Below are positions 9,826 through 21,388 of a stretch of 64,000 nt of DNA, one piece after another. The notes beneath the pieces are model-generated. The model was not told where the DNA came from. It did no database searches and saw nothing but the letters and a program-made list of their open reading frames with translations. The stretch's first letter is position 1, and each line of letters starts with the position of its first letter. The position numbers were made by a program, and so were the translations under genes. Source of the stretch: Sporopachydermia quercuum (taxonomy: Eukaryota); the NCBI GenBank assembly GCA_001599295.1, contig BCGN01000009.1:1-64000 (forward strand), in the 5' to 3' direction.

Positions 9826-12636
9826 CTATATACAACTAATATTAGAACTTTTTTCATTTCTGCATCTCTCCCCTATAAGCCTGAATATCTTGGCCATAGT
9901 AACGGTTATTCCCCAAACCCACGTATGATCTAACATATTCGCCCAAAGTTCAACCAAAGTCCCAGCTAACGAAAAATTACCATCTTGCAGTAATTCATCT
10001 ACTTTCCTTTTATCATTGTAGTTAAAGTTAATTACATCAGCTTCACATAGTAATTTCATACACTCAAAAATAACTTCATTCTCAAGATTAGTAAATGAGC
10101 GAAACTTGATTGATAGCTCTGCAATGTGGATGTATCTTGATAATAGTAAGATTGGTTCCCAACCATTCAATGCATGATCCACAGACCAATTAATTGCTGC
10201 AAATCTTCTGATTAACATATGCCCTGCTCTAACCGGAATCTGTAAAGCATCTAACGAGATAAACAAGACTCTTCTTATTAAATTACCTTTAACAAACAAT
10301 GTTGCTGAAAAGTAATCGTTCAAAACTCTCTCAATATTATTGTCGAATTCTGCATTACTACATGCCAGAATAGATTTCATAGTATAAGATATTTGGAACA
10401 GTTTCACTTGTAATGATCTAGATATTGAAATACTATTGAATAGAATCGGATGCTTATCACAAGAAGTTAAGGCATTGCCAATCGGGATTTTTGAGTATAA
10501 TATTGAGTCAGTTCTTCTGAAAGTTCTTTCAGCTTGTTTGAAGGAGCACTCAACAAGAAATTCAAATTCTTGAGATACATTTGCTGCGCCAATGAATTTA
10601 GATTCACAGCACCATCTATAAGATTGAGATACTGAAGTAATATGATGTTTAACACAGCAAAACAATATATACGTAGCAAACTGGGGTAAACTTTCAAAAT
10701 CTGGTTCAGCACCTATTTCAAATGTAACATAGCCCATTAATTGTTTGAAAGAAGCTGGTAAAATGTCATCATCATCTATCAATCTTTTCCATTCATGCTT
10801 ATCCTTTGTATTCCAAATCCCTTCACATTCAGGTAAATCTAAAGGAATAGCAACCAAATCTAAATGAACATCCACATTATAGATATATGAAATATTAGAC
10901 ATATTGATAAGAATACACCAGTACAGTCTTTTGAAGGATTCAGTTATGATCCACTTTTTAAATGACGTGCTATCTCTTTTTGAATATCTTCTACAAATTA
11001 TTTTACTTGTTTTGTTGAAAAATGACTGTAGACTTTTTGCTCGATGTATATTCTCTGGATGTCCACTCCAGCAATCCAACATCCAACATAAATATCTACT
11101 TTGAATAAGTGACAAGGTAAAACTATTAACTTCAAGCTTTTTTTCCTTTTCTAGTTCATCAGTCATCTTGAGAACACATGCCTGTAGACTATTTGATTTG
11201 TCTTTCTCAAGACAATAAAGTGCACCCATTGCAGACATGGCTAAAATAAGTAGACAGTCACCAACTGATTGAATTTCGGTTCCCGCTTGTTCTTCATTTT
11301 GTTTTGCTGAGAAATCAAAATTGAAGAAACTTTCATGTAGCATTGGCAAGTGAATTATAAAAGATGAATAACAAACATTCAAATATCTTGCTAATGGACA
11401 AATTTTAAGTGCCTTGATTTCAGGTATAAACTGTGGAAACCTTTTGGTCAATATATTGAAACATATGTCTTGTTTCTTGTGTGAGAACTGGATATTGCTA
11501 GATTTGCTCATAGGTATGAACAATTCAGAATTGATGAACAGTGCTGGGGCACTTGAATTGGAACTGACATGAGACTTTGAGTTCGAAGAAAGAGTTGATG
11601 TTGATTTTCTGAAAATAAGTGTGAATGGTTGTTCTTGATATTGAAATTTGCACCTTGGTGGTAGCATCAGTTTAGGATTATAAAGAAAATTTGATATGCT
11701 TATGGCAAATGGCGATTGAAATGTATTCCCAGGTGACGTACAAGACAATGCAAAGTTGTTTAGTCCATACAATTCAAATGAAGTATCAATAGTGTCATCA
11801 GAGTCAGAGGAACTAGTTGAAAATGGGAATTCATTGTTCTGATTGGGGTTTGACGGAAATGATAAATCTTTGAAAGTATATGAATTATATGAAGAAGTAT
11901 TTGAGTCTATTGAAGAATCAGATGCCGTTGATGAAGATAAAGAAAGGGCAGTGGAGGAGATGAGCGAATTGACAGACTCTTCAATGGTATCCAATTTTGG
12001 AGAACTCTCAGGCTTCCATAAGACTAAGTCCATATTATCAGATGGTTCAGTTGTGATAGTAGAATTATCATCATTACTGTTGATAACTGAAGCACTAGCG
12101 GAGTTGTATGAAGGTGAAGTTGAAGTTCTATTATCAGTATAATTGTTATCTCGATTCAAATTATCAGCAGTAGATAGCCCTTCTATTTCCTTTACTTCAG
12201 CAGTTCTTTCAATAGCAATATCTGTTGCTATTTTTTTACTACTTCTGGCCGTCGTTTCACTATTTGAAATAGCTAACGATTCTTCAAACTGTGCCTTATA
12301 CCTCATTTGAATATTGACACCAATACAGCACCTTTTATGTCTAACAACAACATCTTTTCTACTGAAATTTGCTCCACACTTATCACATTTGAAAGGCCTT
12401 TCCGAAGTATGAATTCTGGTATGTCTTGTGAGATGTTCAACTCGTTTAAAAGTTATCCCACATATGTCGCATATATGTTGTTTTGGTTTTCTACCTCTTT
12501 TCCTTTTCTCCAATCCTTCTATCATTCCCGTGTTATCGCTTCTATTTCTATTCAAACTAGAAGAGTGTTTATTCTTGCTTATGTACAACCTGAATGTTGA
12601 TTGCATGGAGTATTGCTCTTCATGTGATTGAACCAT
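9826..12636 (-). CDS. Zinc-finger plus Fungal_trans transcription factor (Adr1/Mxr1/AmdX-like architecture), 936 aa
   Basis: Fingers CDICGITFKRVEHLTRHTRIH-TSERPF-KCDKCGANFSRKDVVVRHKRC, preceded by basic KRKRGRKPK; Ser-rich linker; C-terminal HLPMLH..WIITESFKRL..LPECEGIWN domain. Confidence 0.9.
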   Translation of the reverse strand: MVQSHEEQYSMQSTFRLYISKNKHSSSLNRNRSDNTGMIEGLEKRKRGRKPKQHICDICGITFKRVEHLTRHTRIHTSERPFKCDKCGANFSRKDVVVRHKRCCIGVNIQMRYKAQFEESLAISNSETTARSSKKIATDIAIERTAEVKEIEGLSTADNLNRDNNYTDNRTSTSPSYNSASASVINSNDDNSTITTEPSDNMDLVLWKPESSPKLDTIEESVNSLISSTALSLSSSTASDSSIDSNTSSYNSYTFKDLSFPSNPNQNNEFPFSTSSSDSDDTIDTSFELYGLNNFALSCTSPGNTFQSPFAISISNFLYNPKLMLPPRCKFQYQEQPFTLIFRKSTSTLSSNSKSHVSSNSSAPALFINSELFIPMSKSSNIQFSHKKQDICFNILTKRFPQFIPEIKALKICPLARYLNVCYSSFIIHLPMLHESFFNFDFSAKQNEEQAGTEIQSVGDCLLILAMSAMGALYCLEKDKSNSLQACVLKMTDELEKEKKLEVNSFTLSLIQSRYLCWMLDCWSGHPENIHRAKSLQSFFNKTSKIICRRYSKRDSTSFKKWIITESFKRLYWCILINMSNISYIYNVDVHLDLVAIPLDLPECEGIWNTKDKHEWKRLIDDDDILPASFKQLMGYVTFEIGAEPDFESLPQFATYILFCCVKHHITSVSQSYRWCCESKFIGAANVSQEFEFLVECSFKQAERTFRRTDSILYSKIPIGNALTSCDKHPILFNSISISRSLQVKLFQISYTMKSILACSNAEFDNNIERVLNDYFSATLFVKGNLIRRVLFISLDALQIPVRAGHMLIRRFAAINWSVDHALNGWEPILLLSRYIHIAELSIKFRSFTNLENEVIFECMKLLCEADVINFNYNDKRKVDELLQDGNFSLAGTLVELWANMLDHTWVWGITVTMAKIFRLIGERCRNEKSSNISCI

Positions 12637-13321
12637 TGTAGTTTAGGAGATATTCGTAGCTGTGAGTATTATAAAGTAAGTAACCCAGTTTTACACTGTG
12701 CAAAGAATGAAGTACTTTGAATGTCGTCAAGAATGGTACTTCAGATGATTACATTCATCTAATATAGTAAGACAACAAATCAAAAATTCATTGCTAGTTA
12801 AGCAGAAGTATTTTGTTCGTGTAGCAATTTACAAAAGTTCTTATTTCGAACTTTTCTTTCGAACTTTTGTTAATGACAGCAGTTGACTAACAATCCATTT
12901 TCTATTATTGAAAAACTGTACATTCATTCTCTCCACACAATACAGGGTGTAGTTAGGGTTCAACTTAAAGTTGGAGTGGATAATGAAACGTTATATTTAA
13001 CGTTTTGAAAACACTCAAACGGGAAAACAGGTTCTCCATCGTACATATACTTAAACTTTAAATTACCCTGGGAGTAATGCGAAGACCTTTTGATAGTCAG
13101 TCAAATCAAATATCATGGAAATATTAGAATGCAACCAAGAACATATAAAGTAACTTATTTGTCGTGACAGATATTGAATCTACGTTGATTTTCTTTTTTC
13201 CTTGTTGTTTAAGTACTTTGGCTTGGATTAGACGTTTGACAACTTACGACGACACTATTGGATTGGTTACTCGGCAGCTTAATCTGCTTGTACTTCGTAA
13301 CAATTATCTTGCAAATAAAAC

Positions 13322-13750
13322 ATGTCTACAGAAGAAACGTTGAAAGAAGCTCACACAAGGTTGTTTGAAGCAGGGCTTAAGACAAGATATTCTGTCGTAG
13401 GAAAAGAATATGTTGATAGGGCTCTCGAAAATGGGTCATCAAAGTTTTCGAGGCCAATGCAAGAATTAGTGACAGAAGTGTGCTGGGAATCAATTTGGAA
13501 TAGACCAGGGCTTTCAAAGAAACAAAGATCTTTACAAAATGTTGCTATGTTATGCGCTCTGAATAGAAATGCCGAACTGGCTGCTCATACTCGTGGAGCA
13601 ATTGTCAATGGGGCTACACCGGAGGAAATTAGCGAGACAATTCTACAAGCATCAATATATTGTGGTATGCCTGCTGGTATTGCAGGTTTTAAAGTAGCCG
13701 AACAGGTCTTAAGAAAAATGAAAGAAGAAGGTTATAATATAGAAATCTAA
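13322..13750 (+). CDS. Carboxymuconolactone decarboxylase (PcaC/AhpD-like) family protein
   Basis: GLKTRYSVVGKEYV, WESIWNRPGLSKKQRSL, ELAAHTRGAIVNG, IYCGMPAG: the characteristic PcaC pattern. Confidence 0.9.
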   Translation: MSTEETLKEAHTRLFEAGLKTRYSVVGKEYVDRALENGSSKFSRPMQELVTEVCWESIWNRPGLSKKQRSLQNVAMLCALNRNAELAAHTRGAIVNGATPEEISETILQASIYCGMPAGIAGFKVAEQVLRKMKEEGYNIEI

Positions 13751-14423
13751 GTAGTAACTCTTATATTTTAATTGATACATTTTATATCGATTCTTACTTC
13801 GTTAATGACATCAAATCTATTGAGGCATTTTCACATGTCATATGCTTAGTTTGCTACTTTTACTTGTATACCCATTGTGCACATATTCAATTTTTCTTTG
13901 TTAATCAAATTTTATATCAAGCAGAGAGCTAGGTGATTTTTTGTTTAAACTTAATTTTCAAAATATACGCAATTGGTGATTTACAATATAGCAAGTTTGC
14001 CGAAAAATTCCCATTAAGGGATGTGGGGTCTTTTTTACCTTATGATTTGCTTCTCTTTTCTGTTTGATATAAAGCGACTACTTTAAAAGGAAGTTGAATT
14101 TTTACCCCATACCTCGTTTAATTTAGTATAACTATAGCGAAACCTTAAGTGTTTTCATGTTATCTCTTCTGATAGCACATTCTTAATGAACCCATAGTAT
14201 AGTATAGTGTTCAGAAAGTGGTTGATTCAATAATGGTTATTGGTTATAAAGACCTTTGAAAGTCCTTAACTTTTTGAGTTTTTTTAACTACTATTGACTG
14301 AAATTATGAATCAAAAAAGTAAATTATTAGTCTCATAAGAATCTTGATGAACTACCAAAATCAAGTTCTGTCAAACACTGAGAGGATACTTGCAGCCCAC
14401 TAGGGGTCTTCACTATCAACAAT

Positions 14424-16025
14424 ATGTCCACAGATATTAAGGAGTTTGCTCCTTATTCTCATTTGATTGCATCAGGCTTTTTGGTACTCCTAATATGCCT
14501 GTTTTTCGTGGTTAGTAACAAGAAATCTAAAAGAAGATTTTTACCTCCTGGTCCGAAAGGTATTCCGATACTGGGTAATATGCTCGATTTGGCTGACTCA
14601 GATCAAGTAAGATATAAAGTCATTAAATGGACAGAAGAATATGGGGAAATCTTTTATACAAGAATTGGACTTACCGACTATGTCTGGCTTTCTTCACCAA
14701 AAGTTGTAAAAGAATTAATGGACAAAAAATCATCAATTTATTCCTCGCGAGCTGAATTACCATTTGCTCAAGATATTGCTAGTGGAGGTAAGAGACAGTT
14801 ATTCATGCAATATGGACAAGATTGGAGGAATGTCAGAAAAGTTTCCCATAATTTGCTCAATTTGAAAACAGCTATTAGATATGAACCTGTTCAAGACTTT
14901 GAATCTAAACAAGTAGTCTATGAGCTCTTGAAGTTCCCTGACAAGTTTTATCAAACAAATCGTCGATACAGTGCGAGTGTCATTATGTACATTGCATACG
15001 GTGTTAGGTTCGATAGTATTGATGATCCGGTGATGAAAGAAATTTATGAAGTACTTGATAACTTAACAGAAATGACAGCGCCTGGTGCCCATGCAGTTGA
15101 TAGCTTCCCTCAATTGAAATGGCTTCCAGAGTGGCTACTGGGTAATTGGAAATCTAAAGCCAAGCAGCATTTTGACCATGACTCAAAGATTTACAAAAAA
15201 CTATACATGGAAATGAAAGAAAAAATCAAAAAAGGAACAGCTAAAGAATGTTTTGTCAAGTCGTTTATTGAGAATAACACAATTGGTCAAGGCATTGATG
15301 ATCTGCTTGGCTCATACACCTGTGGAGGATTACTAGAAGCTGGCAGCGAAACAACAAGTTCTACCATCAATAATTTCATTTTAGCCATGACATTAAACCC
15401 AGAAGTCGTTAAAAAGGCTCAAAAAGAATTGGATGAGGTGGTAGGAACTGACCGTCTGCCTTCATGGGAAGACGAAAGTCAATTACCTTATATTAGAGCG
15501 ATCATCAGAGAAACTTTGCGATGGAGGCCTGTGAACAAATTCGGTATGACGCATGCTACTTCTCAAGAAGATTGGTACAATGGGTACTACATTCCTAAAG
15601 GTGCTGTTGTTGTGCTTAATTGGTGGGCCATTCACATGAACCCTAAACAGTGGGCCAATCCCTGGGAATTCATTCCAGATAGATACTTGAATCATACTGA
15701 TACATCAGCTGAGTCTATAAATGCTTCTGATCCTTACAAACGAGATCATTTCGCGTATGGCGCAGGTAGAAGAGTATGTCCTGGGGTACACCTTGCAGAA
15801 AAATCATTGTTTATCAATGTTGCAAGAACTTTGTGGGGATTCAATATAACCAAAAAATTAGATTCAAATGGAAAAGTAATTGAGCCTGATTTAGCCACTA
15901 TTAGAGGATTTCTAACTCAACCAGTTGAATTTGAGTGTAGTATTGAAGTTAGGTCTCCTAAGCACGAAGAGGTCATAATAAACGAATACAATTTGTCTAG
16001 GAAAGAGGGAATCAACTATTATTGA
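14424..16025 (+). CDS. Cytochrome P450, CYP64-clan-like
   Basis: N-terminal TM, LPPGPKGIP hinge, I-helix EAGSETT, ETLR (ExxR), FIPDRY, heme motif FAYGAGRRVCPG. Confidence 0.95.
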   Translation: MSTDIKEFAPYSHLIASGFLVLLICLFFVVSNKKSKRRFLPPGPKGIPILGNMLDLADSDQVRYKVIKWTEEYGEIFYTRIGLTDYVWLSSPKVVKELMDKKSSIYSSRAELPFAQDIASGGKRQLFMQYGQDWRNVRKVSHNLLNLKTAIRYEPVQDFESKQVVYELLKFPDKFYQTNRRYSASVIMYIAYGVRFDSIDDPVMKEIYEVLDNLTEMTAPGAHAVDSFPQLKWLPEWLLGNWKSKAKQHFDHDSKIYKKLYMEMKEKIKKGTAKECFVKSFIENNTIGQGIDDLLGSYTCGGLLEAGSETTSSTINNFILAMTLNPEVVKKAQKELDEVVGTDRLPSWEDESQLPYIRAIIRETLRWRPVNKFGMTHATSQEDWYNGYYIPKGAVVVLNWWAIHMNPKQWANPWEFIPDRYLNHTDTSAESINASDPYKRDHFAYGAGRRVCPGVHLAEKSLFINVARTLWGFNITKKLDSNGKVIEPDLATIRGFLTQPVEFECSIEVRSPKHEEVIINEYNLSRKEGINYY

Positions 16026-16476
16026 ATAGTTAAGAGTTTCCTTCCTGTTGAATAAGTAAACTGCAAATTCAGTAACTGTTCTTTATTGATATAGTCCTAA
16101 AATTAGATAATTCCTAGTTAGAAATAAAGTTGAAACGAAAATAAAGTTAAACCTGTGAACAAATATTCATTCTTATTATTATTTTAGTTCTGGAAATTGA
16201 AGTTAAATTGAGATTAATGTTGAACTTTAAATAGTTGTTCCAGTTATGGAAAGTTATGGGGTAAGATTGAAAATCCCATCTGAACTGAATCCGCTTTCCT
16301 AGAATTTTTTCAGAAAAAACAATATTTAAATACTTAACTCTAGCATTTAAATTTCATGATGACTGTCTGGTTAATTTCTCAATATTCAATAGCTACCAAT
16401 ATCATGATACTTGCTCTTTGATCCCCTTCATAATAAGCAGCAGGAAGCTTCAATAGAGTTACATTCAACAATAAGA

Positions 16477-17394
16477 ATGCTTTCCAATCTTCGGGTTCAA
16501 AATGATGACTGGTATATACAGCAGAAAAACGGTCAAACAACTCATTTCAAAATTCATCCATCTCTAAAACTTGATCAAATTGATAAACTCAACTCAAATG
16601 GTAAAGCGACCATTTTGATTCAACATGGGTTTTGTCGTTCGCTAGAGTTCTGGTCTGACTGGATTCCTTATCTTCAAGACAAATATAATGTGATCACAAG
16701 AGACTTAAGAGGTCATGGTTTATCATCGTTTCCCAAAAGAGAAAATGGTTGGAACTGCATTAAAGGCGTCTATAAAGATTATAATTATAATGAAGAAACC
16801 ATCATAACGGAAATCATTGAATTATTAAATTCGTTGAACCTCCCAACCATTCACTATATAGGTGAATCAACAAGTGGAATGATTGGTTTATCTCTTGCTG
16901 CAAATTATCCTGATAGAATATCATCTTTAACTTTATGTGCCTCGCCAACATTTCTGCCACTAAATGCTCTTAAAATGTTCTCCCTGGATCAGGACTCATT
17001 TTCTGAAGCGGTGATTGCCTATGGTTCAGAAGGTTGGGCCAAAAGACTTTCTGGTTTACCAGGAACAATGCCATCTTCTTTGGGAGATAAATTTCTACAG
17101 TGGTATATCAAACAAGTTGGCGTAAGCAAGCCAGAAGGCTTAGCTGGGTATGCTGAATTCTTATCAAATTTTGACGCAAGGGGGTACATAGAGCATGTAA
17201 AATGTCAAACGTTGATACTAGCTCCAACCAATAGTAAAGCTGTTCCAATTGAAAGCTCTTTGGAATTAAGTGAAGCCTTGCGCAACTCGAAGGTAACTTT
17301 GATTCAAGTGGAAGCTCCTGGACACGAAATTTATTTAGAAAACAGAGATATGTGCATCATGGCGGTGAAAGAATTTTTGAAAGATACAAATTGA
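16477..17394 (+). CDS. Alpha/beta hydrolase (enol-lactonase/PcaD-like fold)
   Basis: QHGF oxyanion motif, RDLRGHGLS, nucleophile elbow GESTSG, C-terminal GHEI. First ATG at 16477. Confidence 0.85.
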   Translation: MLSNLRVQNDDWYIQQKNGQTTHFKIHPSLKLDQIDKLNSNGKATILIQHGFCRSLEFWSDWIPYLQDKYNVITRDLRGHGLSSFPKRENGWNCIKGVYKDYNYNEETIITEIIELLNSLNLPTIHYIGESTSGMIGLSLAANYPDRISSLTLCASPTFLPLNALKMFSLDQDSFSEAVIAYGSEGWAKRLSGLPGTMPSSLGDKFLQWYIKQVGVSKPEGLAGYAEFLSNFDARGYIEHVKCQTLILAPTNSKAVPIESSLELSEALRNSKVTLIQVEAPGHEIYLENRDMCIMAVKEFLKDTN

Positions 17395-17623
17395 GAAGTT
17401 AAATAGTGGAGTTAATAATATAATACATTTGCTAAAATTTTTTGTTTATGGGGGAAATATGCTCAGCAAGGATCCTAGTCTTGCTGATTGATCTGTTGAA
17501 GCTAGTTTAAATAAAGAAATTTCAACAGTGATGATTTATCTAATATAATTCAAACATAGCATAGAAATTCTTTCATTATAGACTATTCAAACTCCCCAAT
17601 CAACTCCTCAGTTGTATTCGGCC

Positions 17624-18969
17624 TTATTCAATATCTTCCATTACTTCGTTCATCATTTTAGCAATATTTAAATGGCTATTGGGATCGTTTTTCAACATAT
17701 CAAAAAACTCATTTCTTTGCTTCGAAGAGATTTCATCATCACTATGAAGTCTCAATTTATTTTCGATGCTTTGAACGTTGGTGTAATTTACAAATGCATT
17801 TCTTCTTACTGTTGCATATTTTTCCAAAAGCTCATCGGCGTCTTCAACTTTATTGCTGAATATCTTTATCAAGCAAGTACCAAGGGCGGCAGAGTCCAAG
17901 AGACCTGTCGTTAACCCTAATCCACCAATAGGATTGTTAGACTAAAAATGTTAGCAATAAGCAACTAAAGTTTCAATGAATTCCACAAAGTAAACAAAAA
18001 ACTTACATGTGCAGCATCACCACATAATATGACTCTATCTTTCTTCCACTCTTTGGCACATCGTTGATGAGCCCAGTAAGGGGAGCAAGATAACAACTCA
18101 TACTCCAAGGGTCTTGGTCCAGGGAGAAACATTTCATACTTTTCTTCAACACTATTAGGTATATCTTTTTCCGGAGTATCTGCAGGAACTCCATAGGCAA
18201 CTCTCCATATATTTTCCTTTTTAGGTCCGGTTCTAGATATTACTGCCCAATGATCATTATCAACTATCATATTTGCAGGACCAAAGCCTCCAAACTTTTC
18301 AAAGTCGTATCTGACATTTGTTGCAACAAATCTAAAGTCACTCCAAGTGAATCCTTCGTATGGAATCATTAGAGCATGTCTTACTCCAGAACCTGCACCG
18401 TCAGCAGCAATCAAATAATCACAAGAGTAGAATGTTTCACCATTGGCTCCAATTGTTAATAATTCGGCTTTCTTATTATCTTCAGTTTTAGAAGTAACAC
18501 CAACAACTCTTTCGCCAAAGCGTAGCTCAAAATTTGGATACTTTCTGGCGTGTTCAAGGATTAGAGCAGCAAGTTCTGGTTGTCCGAGATGAATACCGGC
18601 AAAAGGATATTTAACTTGACCTTTGGGAACTAAAGATAAATTCATTCGGGCCAGCTCTACGTCTCCCTTTGCAAAAGGAGTCCTAAACGATACCCCAGTT
18701 CTGTTTGTTTCACCTCTGGTAATCAAATCTTCAGTTATACCAACTTTATCAAACTCATTCAAAACGATAGGCATATACATGATCGCCCTTGGTGATTGGG
18801 CGATTTCTTTTTCAGCTTCAACTACAAGAACTTGTATTCCTTGCTGAACAAGCTTCAAAGCAAGAAATAAACCACTAGGTCCAGCACCAGCTATGATTAT
18901 TTGTCTTGAATCCCTTCTGATGGGTTGATTGTCAGGTATTCTTGGTTTGGTATTAGCAAGAGTAGGCAT
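17624..18969 (-). CDS. Class A FAD-dependent monooxygenase (aromatic hydroxylase/MhpA-like), 2 exons: 18969-18007 and 17941-17624, about 426 aa
   Basis: GAGPSG, AADGAGSGVR, RVILCGDAAH. A 65-nt intron (18006-17942; GTAAGT..GCTAAC..TAG) joins GDAAH to SNNPIGGLGLTTGLLD, completing the conserved GD motif. Confidence 0.92.
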
Positions 18970-19669
18970 GTTAAATAAGGTTAACGATTTAAGTATGGTA
19001 GATTTGGTAGATTTTTCGTCTAAGGAGCTGATGTTTTGCAGGTTCTAGTGTATTTTCTCAACTACACAACTCCATTGAGTTTTGAAAAGCAAATTGACAA
19101 ATATGCGATACTTATGGCTTATTTATAAGGAATGTTGCTAGCCCTTGTCATTTTCTGAGGAATCTATGTTCTGCTTGTGCGAAGAACAAAATCTAGGGAA
19201 TTTAAGATTCCAAAGCTTATGTAATGTGGGGCAACGTAAAATTGAAGGTTTAATCTTAATTCCACAACAAATTTTAGAGTTGGATATTAAACTCTAATTA
19301 GTACCCCACATCCTGAAAAGGAAAGGTTTCTGAAAGAAAGCTGTCAAACAGTAATCTGGGGTAAAGGTAGTTGAATCAGACAGATAAGACTTAATCTTAC
19401 CCCAGGTTATTTGTGATAAAATTGAGTGATGATATTTGATTTACTAAATCTTATGTCTTGTTTTTGTAATTGTCAAACAATTAAAGTTCGAAGTTGTATT
19501 AAAGTTTCAAGGAAATGTAAGAAGAAAAAAAAATGTGAGTAGGAGCAAAATTTATCTTTTGGTCCAAGGTCTAATCTAAACATTTGATGGCATAACTCTA
19601 TTATATAATTAGAACTACTGTGCAAGTATCAGCAAAAGTTAATACTCTATATACTTTGGAAAACAATTT

Positions 19670-20563
19670 TCAGTCTTTTGATGTCAAAAATTCTAAATGA
19701 AAAGGTGCTCTAGCTGCTAAGGCTTTGGCTCCTAAATCAAACAACTTGCTTTGTTCTTCGCCCATCCATTGAGGTTGCAACTTTCTCAATGGAGCCTCTA
19801 AATCAGTCATTGTATTGGGAGTAATAAATATTCCTTTACCGTGTAATTCTGTATCAACAATAGTCTGGACTAAAGCTTCAGCAACCATCTCGGGGGTATT
19901 TATTGGCAAATCACCCCATGCTTCTGTAGTCTCATCACTAAGTGTGGTTTTGGTCATCCAAGGAACAATATTGTTAACTCTAATACCATACAATACTCTG
20001 GATACTTGACTTAAAGTACGAATAAATCCAGTTGCACCATGTTTTGCTGCTGCGTATCTGTATATTGGAAAAGCTGGATGATAAGCTGCAGCAGATGTAG
20101 TAAAATTAATACTTTTGTTCTCTTGATTTTCTTCTATTTTTGACTCTTTATTCAAGTAATGAACAGCAAGTTTAGCTGTATTCATCAAGCCTTTGAGATT
20201 GACGTCTAGGAGCTTATAGTTGGGTTCCACATAATCCCCATTCTCGTCTTTTATCTCATCCAAAAAGTCAATATTCTTTTCGGGTAATCCAGCATTGATC
20301 AAAACATGGTGTATAATGTTCTCAGCAAACGCAGTCTTAAATGCAGCAGATAAAGAAGCCCAGTTTGAAACATCAGTTTGGATAAACTGTTCTTTTGGCA
20401 AAGGGGACTGATTAGAAGATAAATCAAGGTTAACGACAATACCCTTGTTTGCAGTGATAATTTTTGCTGCTTCTCTACCAATCCCCGAGCTTGCACCAGT
20501 AATGAGTACCACTTGATCCTTTAGCTTAGGAAGCAAATTTTTCTTCCAAGCAATATTAGCCAT
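19670..20563 (-). CDS. Short-chain dehydrogenase/reductase
   Basis: TGASSGIG, INAG, DVNLKG, catalytic YAAAK, PWMTKT. Confidence 0.92.
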   Translation of the reverse strand: MANIAWKKNLLPKLKDQVVLITGASSGIGREAAKIITANKGIVVNLDLSSNQSPLPKEQFIQTDVSNWASLSAAFKTAFAENIIHHVLINAGLPEKNIDFLDEIKDENGDYVEPNYKLLDVNLKGLMNTAKLAVHYLNKESKIEENQENKSINFTTSAAAYHPAFPIYRYAAAKHGATGFIRTLSQVSRVLYGIRVNNIVPWMTKTTLSDETTEAWGDLPINTPEMVAEALVQTIVDTELHGKGIFITPNTMTDLEAPLRKLQPQWMGEEQSKLFDLGAKALAARAPFHLEFLTSKD

Positions 20564-20905
20564 TTCGAAATTGTTATAAAGATCTGTTTCTATCTAGTAG
20601 ATTCAAAACCAAGAATGATCTATTATTTGATGAATTCAAATTTGTAGTAATGTAAATAATGATTGTAAGAAAAGCAAACTGAGGTATATATATCAAAGAA
20701 ATAGAAAACAAAAATGGATTCCCCATGTTCAAATCATTTGTGGGGAGAAGTGAAGACTATTAAGTTTTATTTTCCATGGTATCACTTAGAGTTTGAAGAA
20801 ATCCAACTAGTTCCAACCTTGTCTAATATTCACAGTTTCTGCGGCCTATAAGCTAAACTGCTAAGTGTTGAGTGAGCATCAATTATGAAGCCTCAAAGCC
20901 AAAAA

Positions 20906-20934
20906 AAAATAAAATAAAATAAAATAAAATAAAA
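20906..20934. repeat. (AAAAT)n microsatellite in the divergent SDR promoter
   Basis: About 5-6 tandem AAAAT units read directly. Confidence 0.8.
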
Positions 20935-21388
20935 AATTAAGCACCGCTTAAGTAATCACTTCTATTTACTTCCTTATTTTACTTTATCTAGTAATACTGC
21001 TTTAATCAACTAGTCGTCGAATAAAGACCTCATAAGTAATAGAAAATTTTCTTTTTAAGTTAAACATTTAACTCTCCAAAAAGCAATGTGGAGAACACTT
21101 TATTTTACTATTTCTTTTAGGTTCAACAGCATTCAGCTTCAAGCAAATAATTACTATTTATCTTCACAAAGGACGATCTATTTGGAGACAATTAAACAAA
21201 AATAAAAAGGCAAGTAGGTGGAGCCTTTAAAAAGATTATAAAACTACTCTTTGATCCTATTGATGAGAAACGTCTCGGGTTCCAACAATGTATCTCTATT
21301 TCCTCCACTAATAAAATGTATCACCCCATTTATAAAACTACTTCACTTACTATTTAAAATACAATTTGTGGTTTAAATATTCCAAGCA

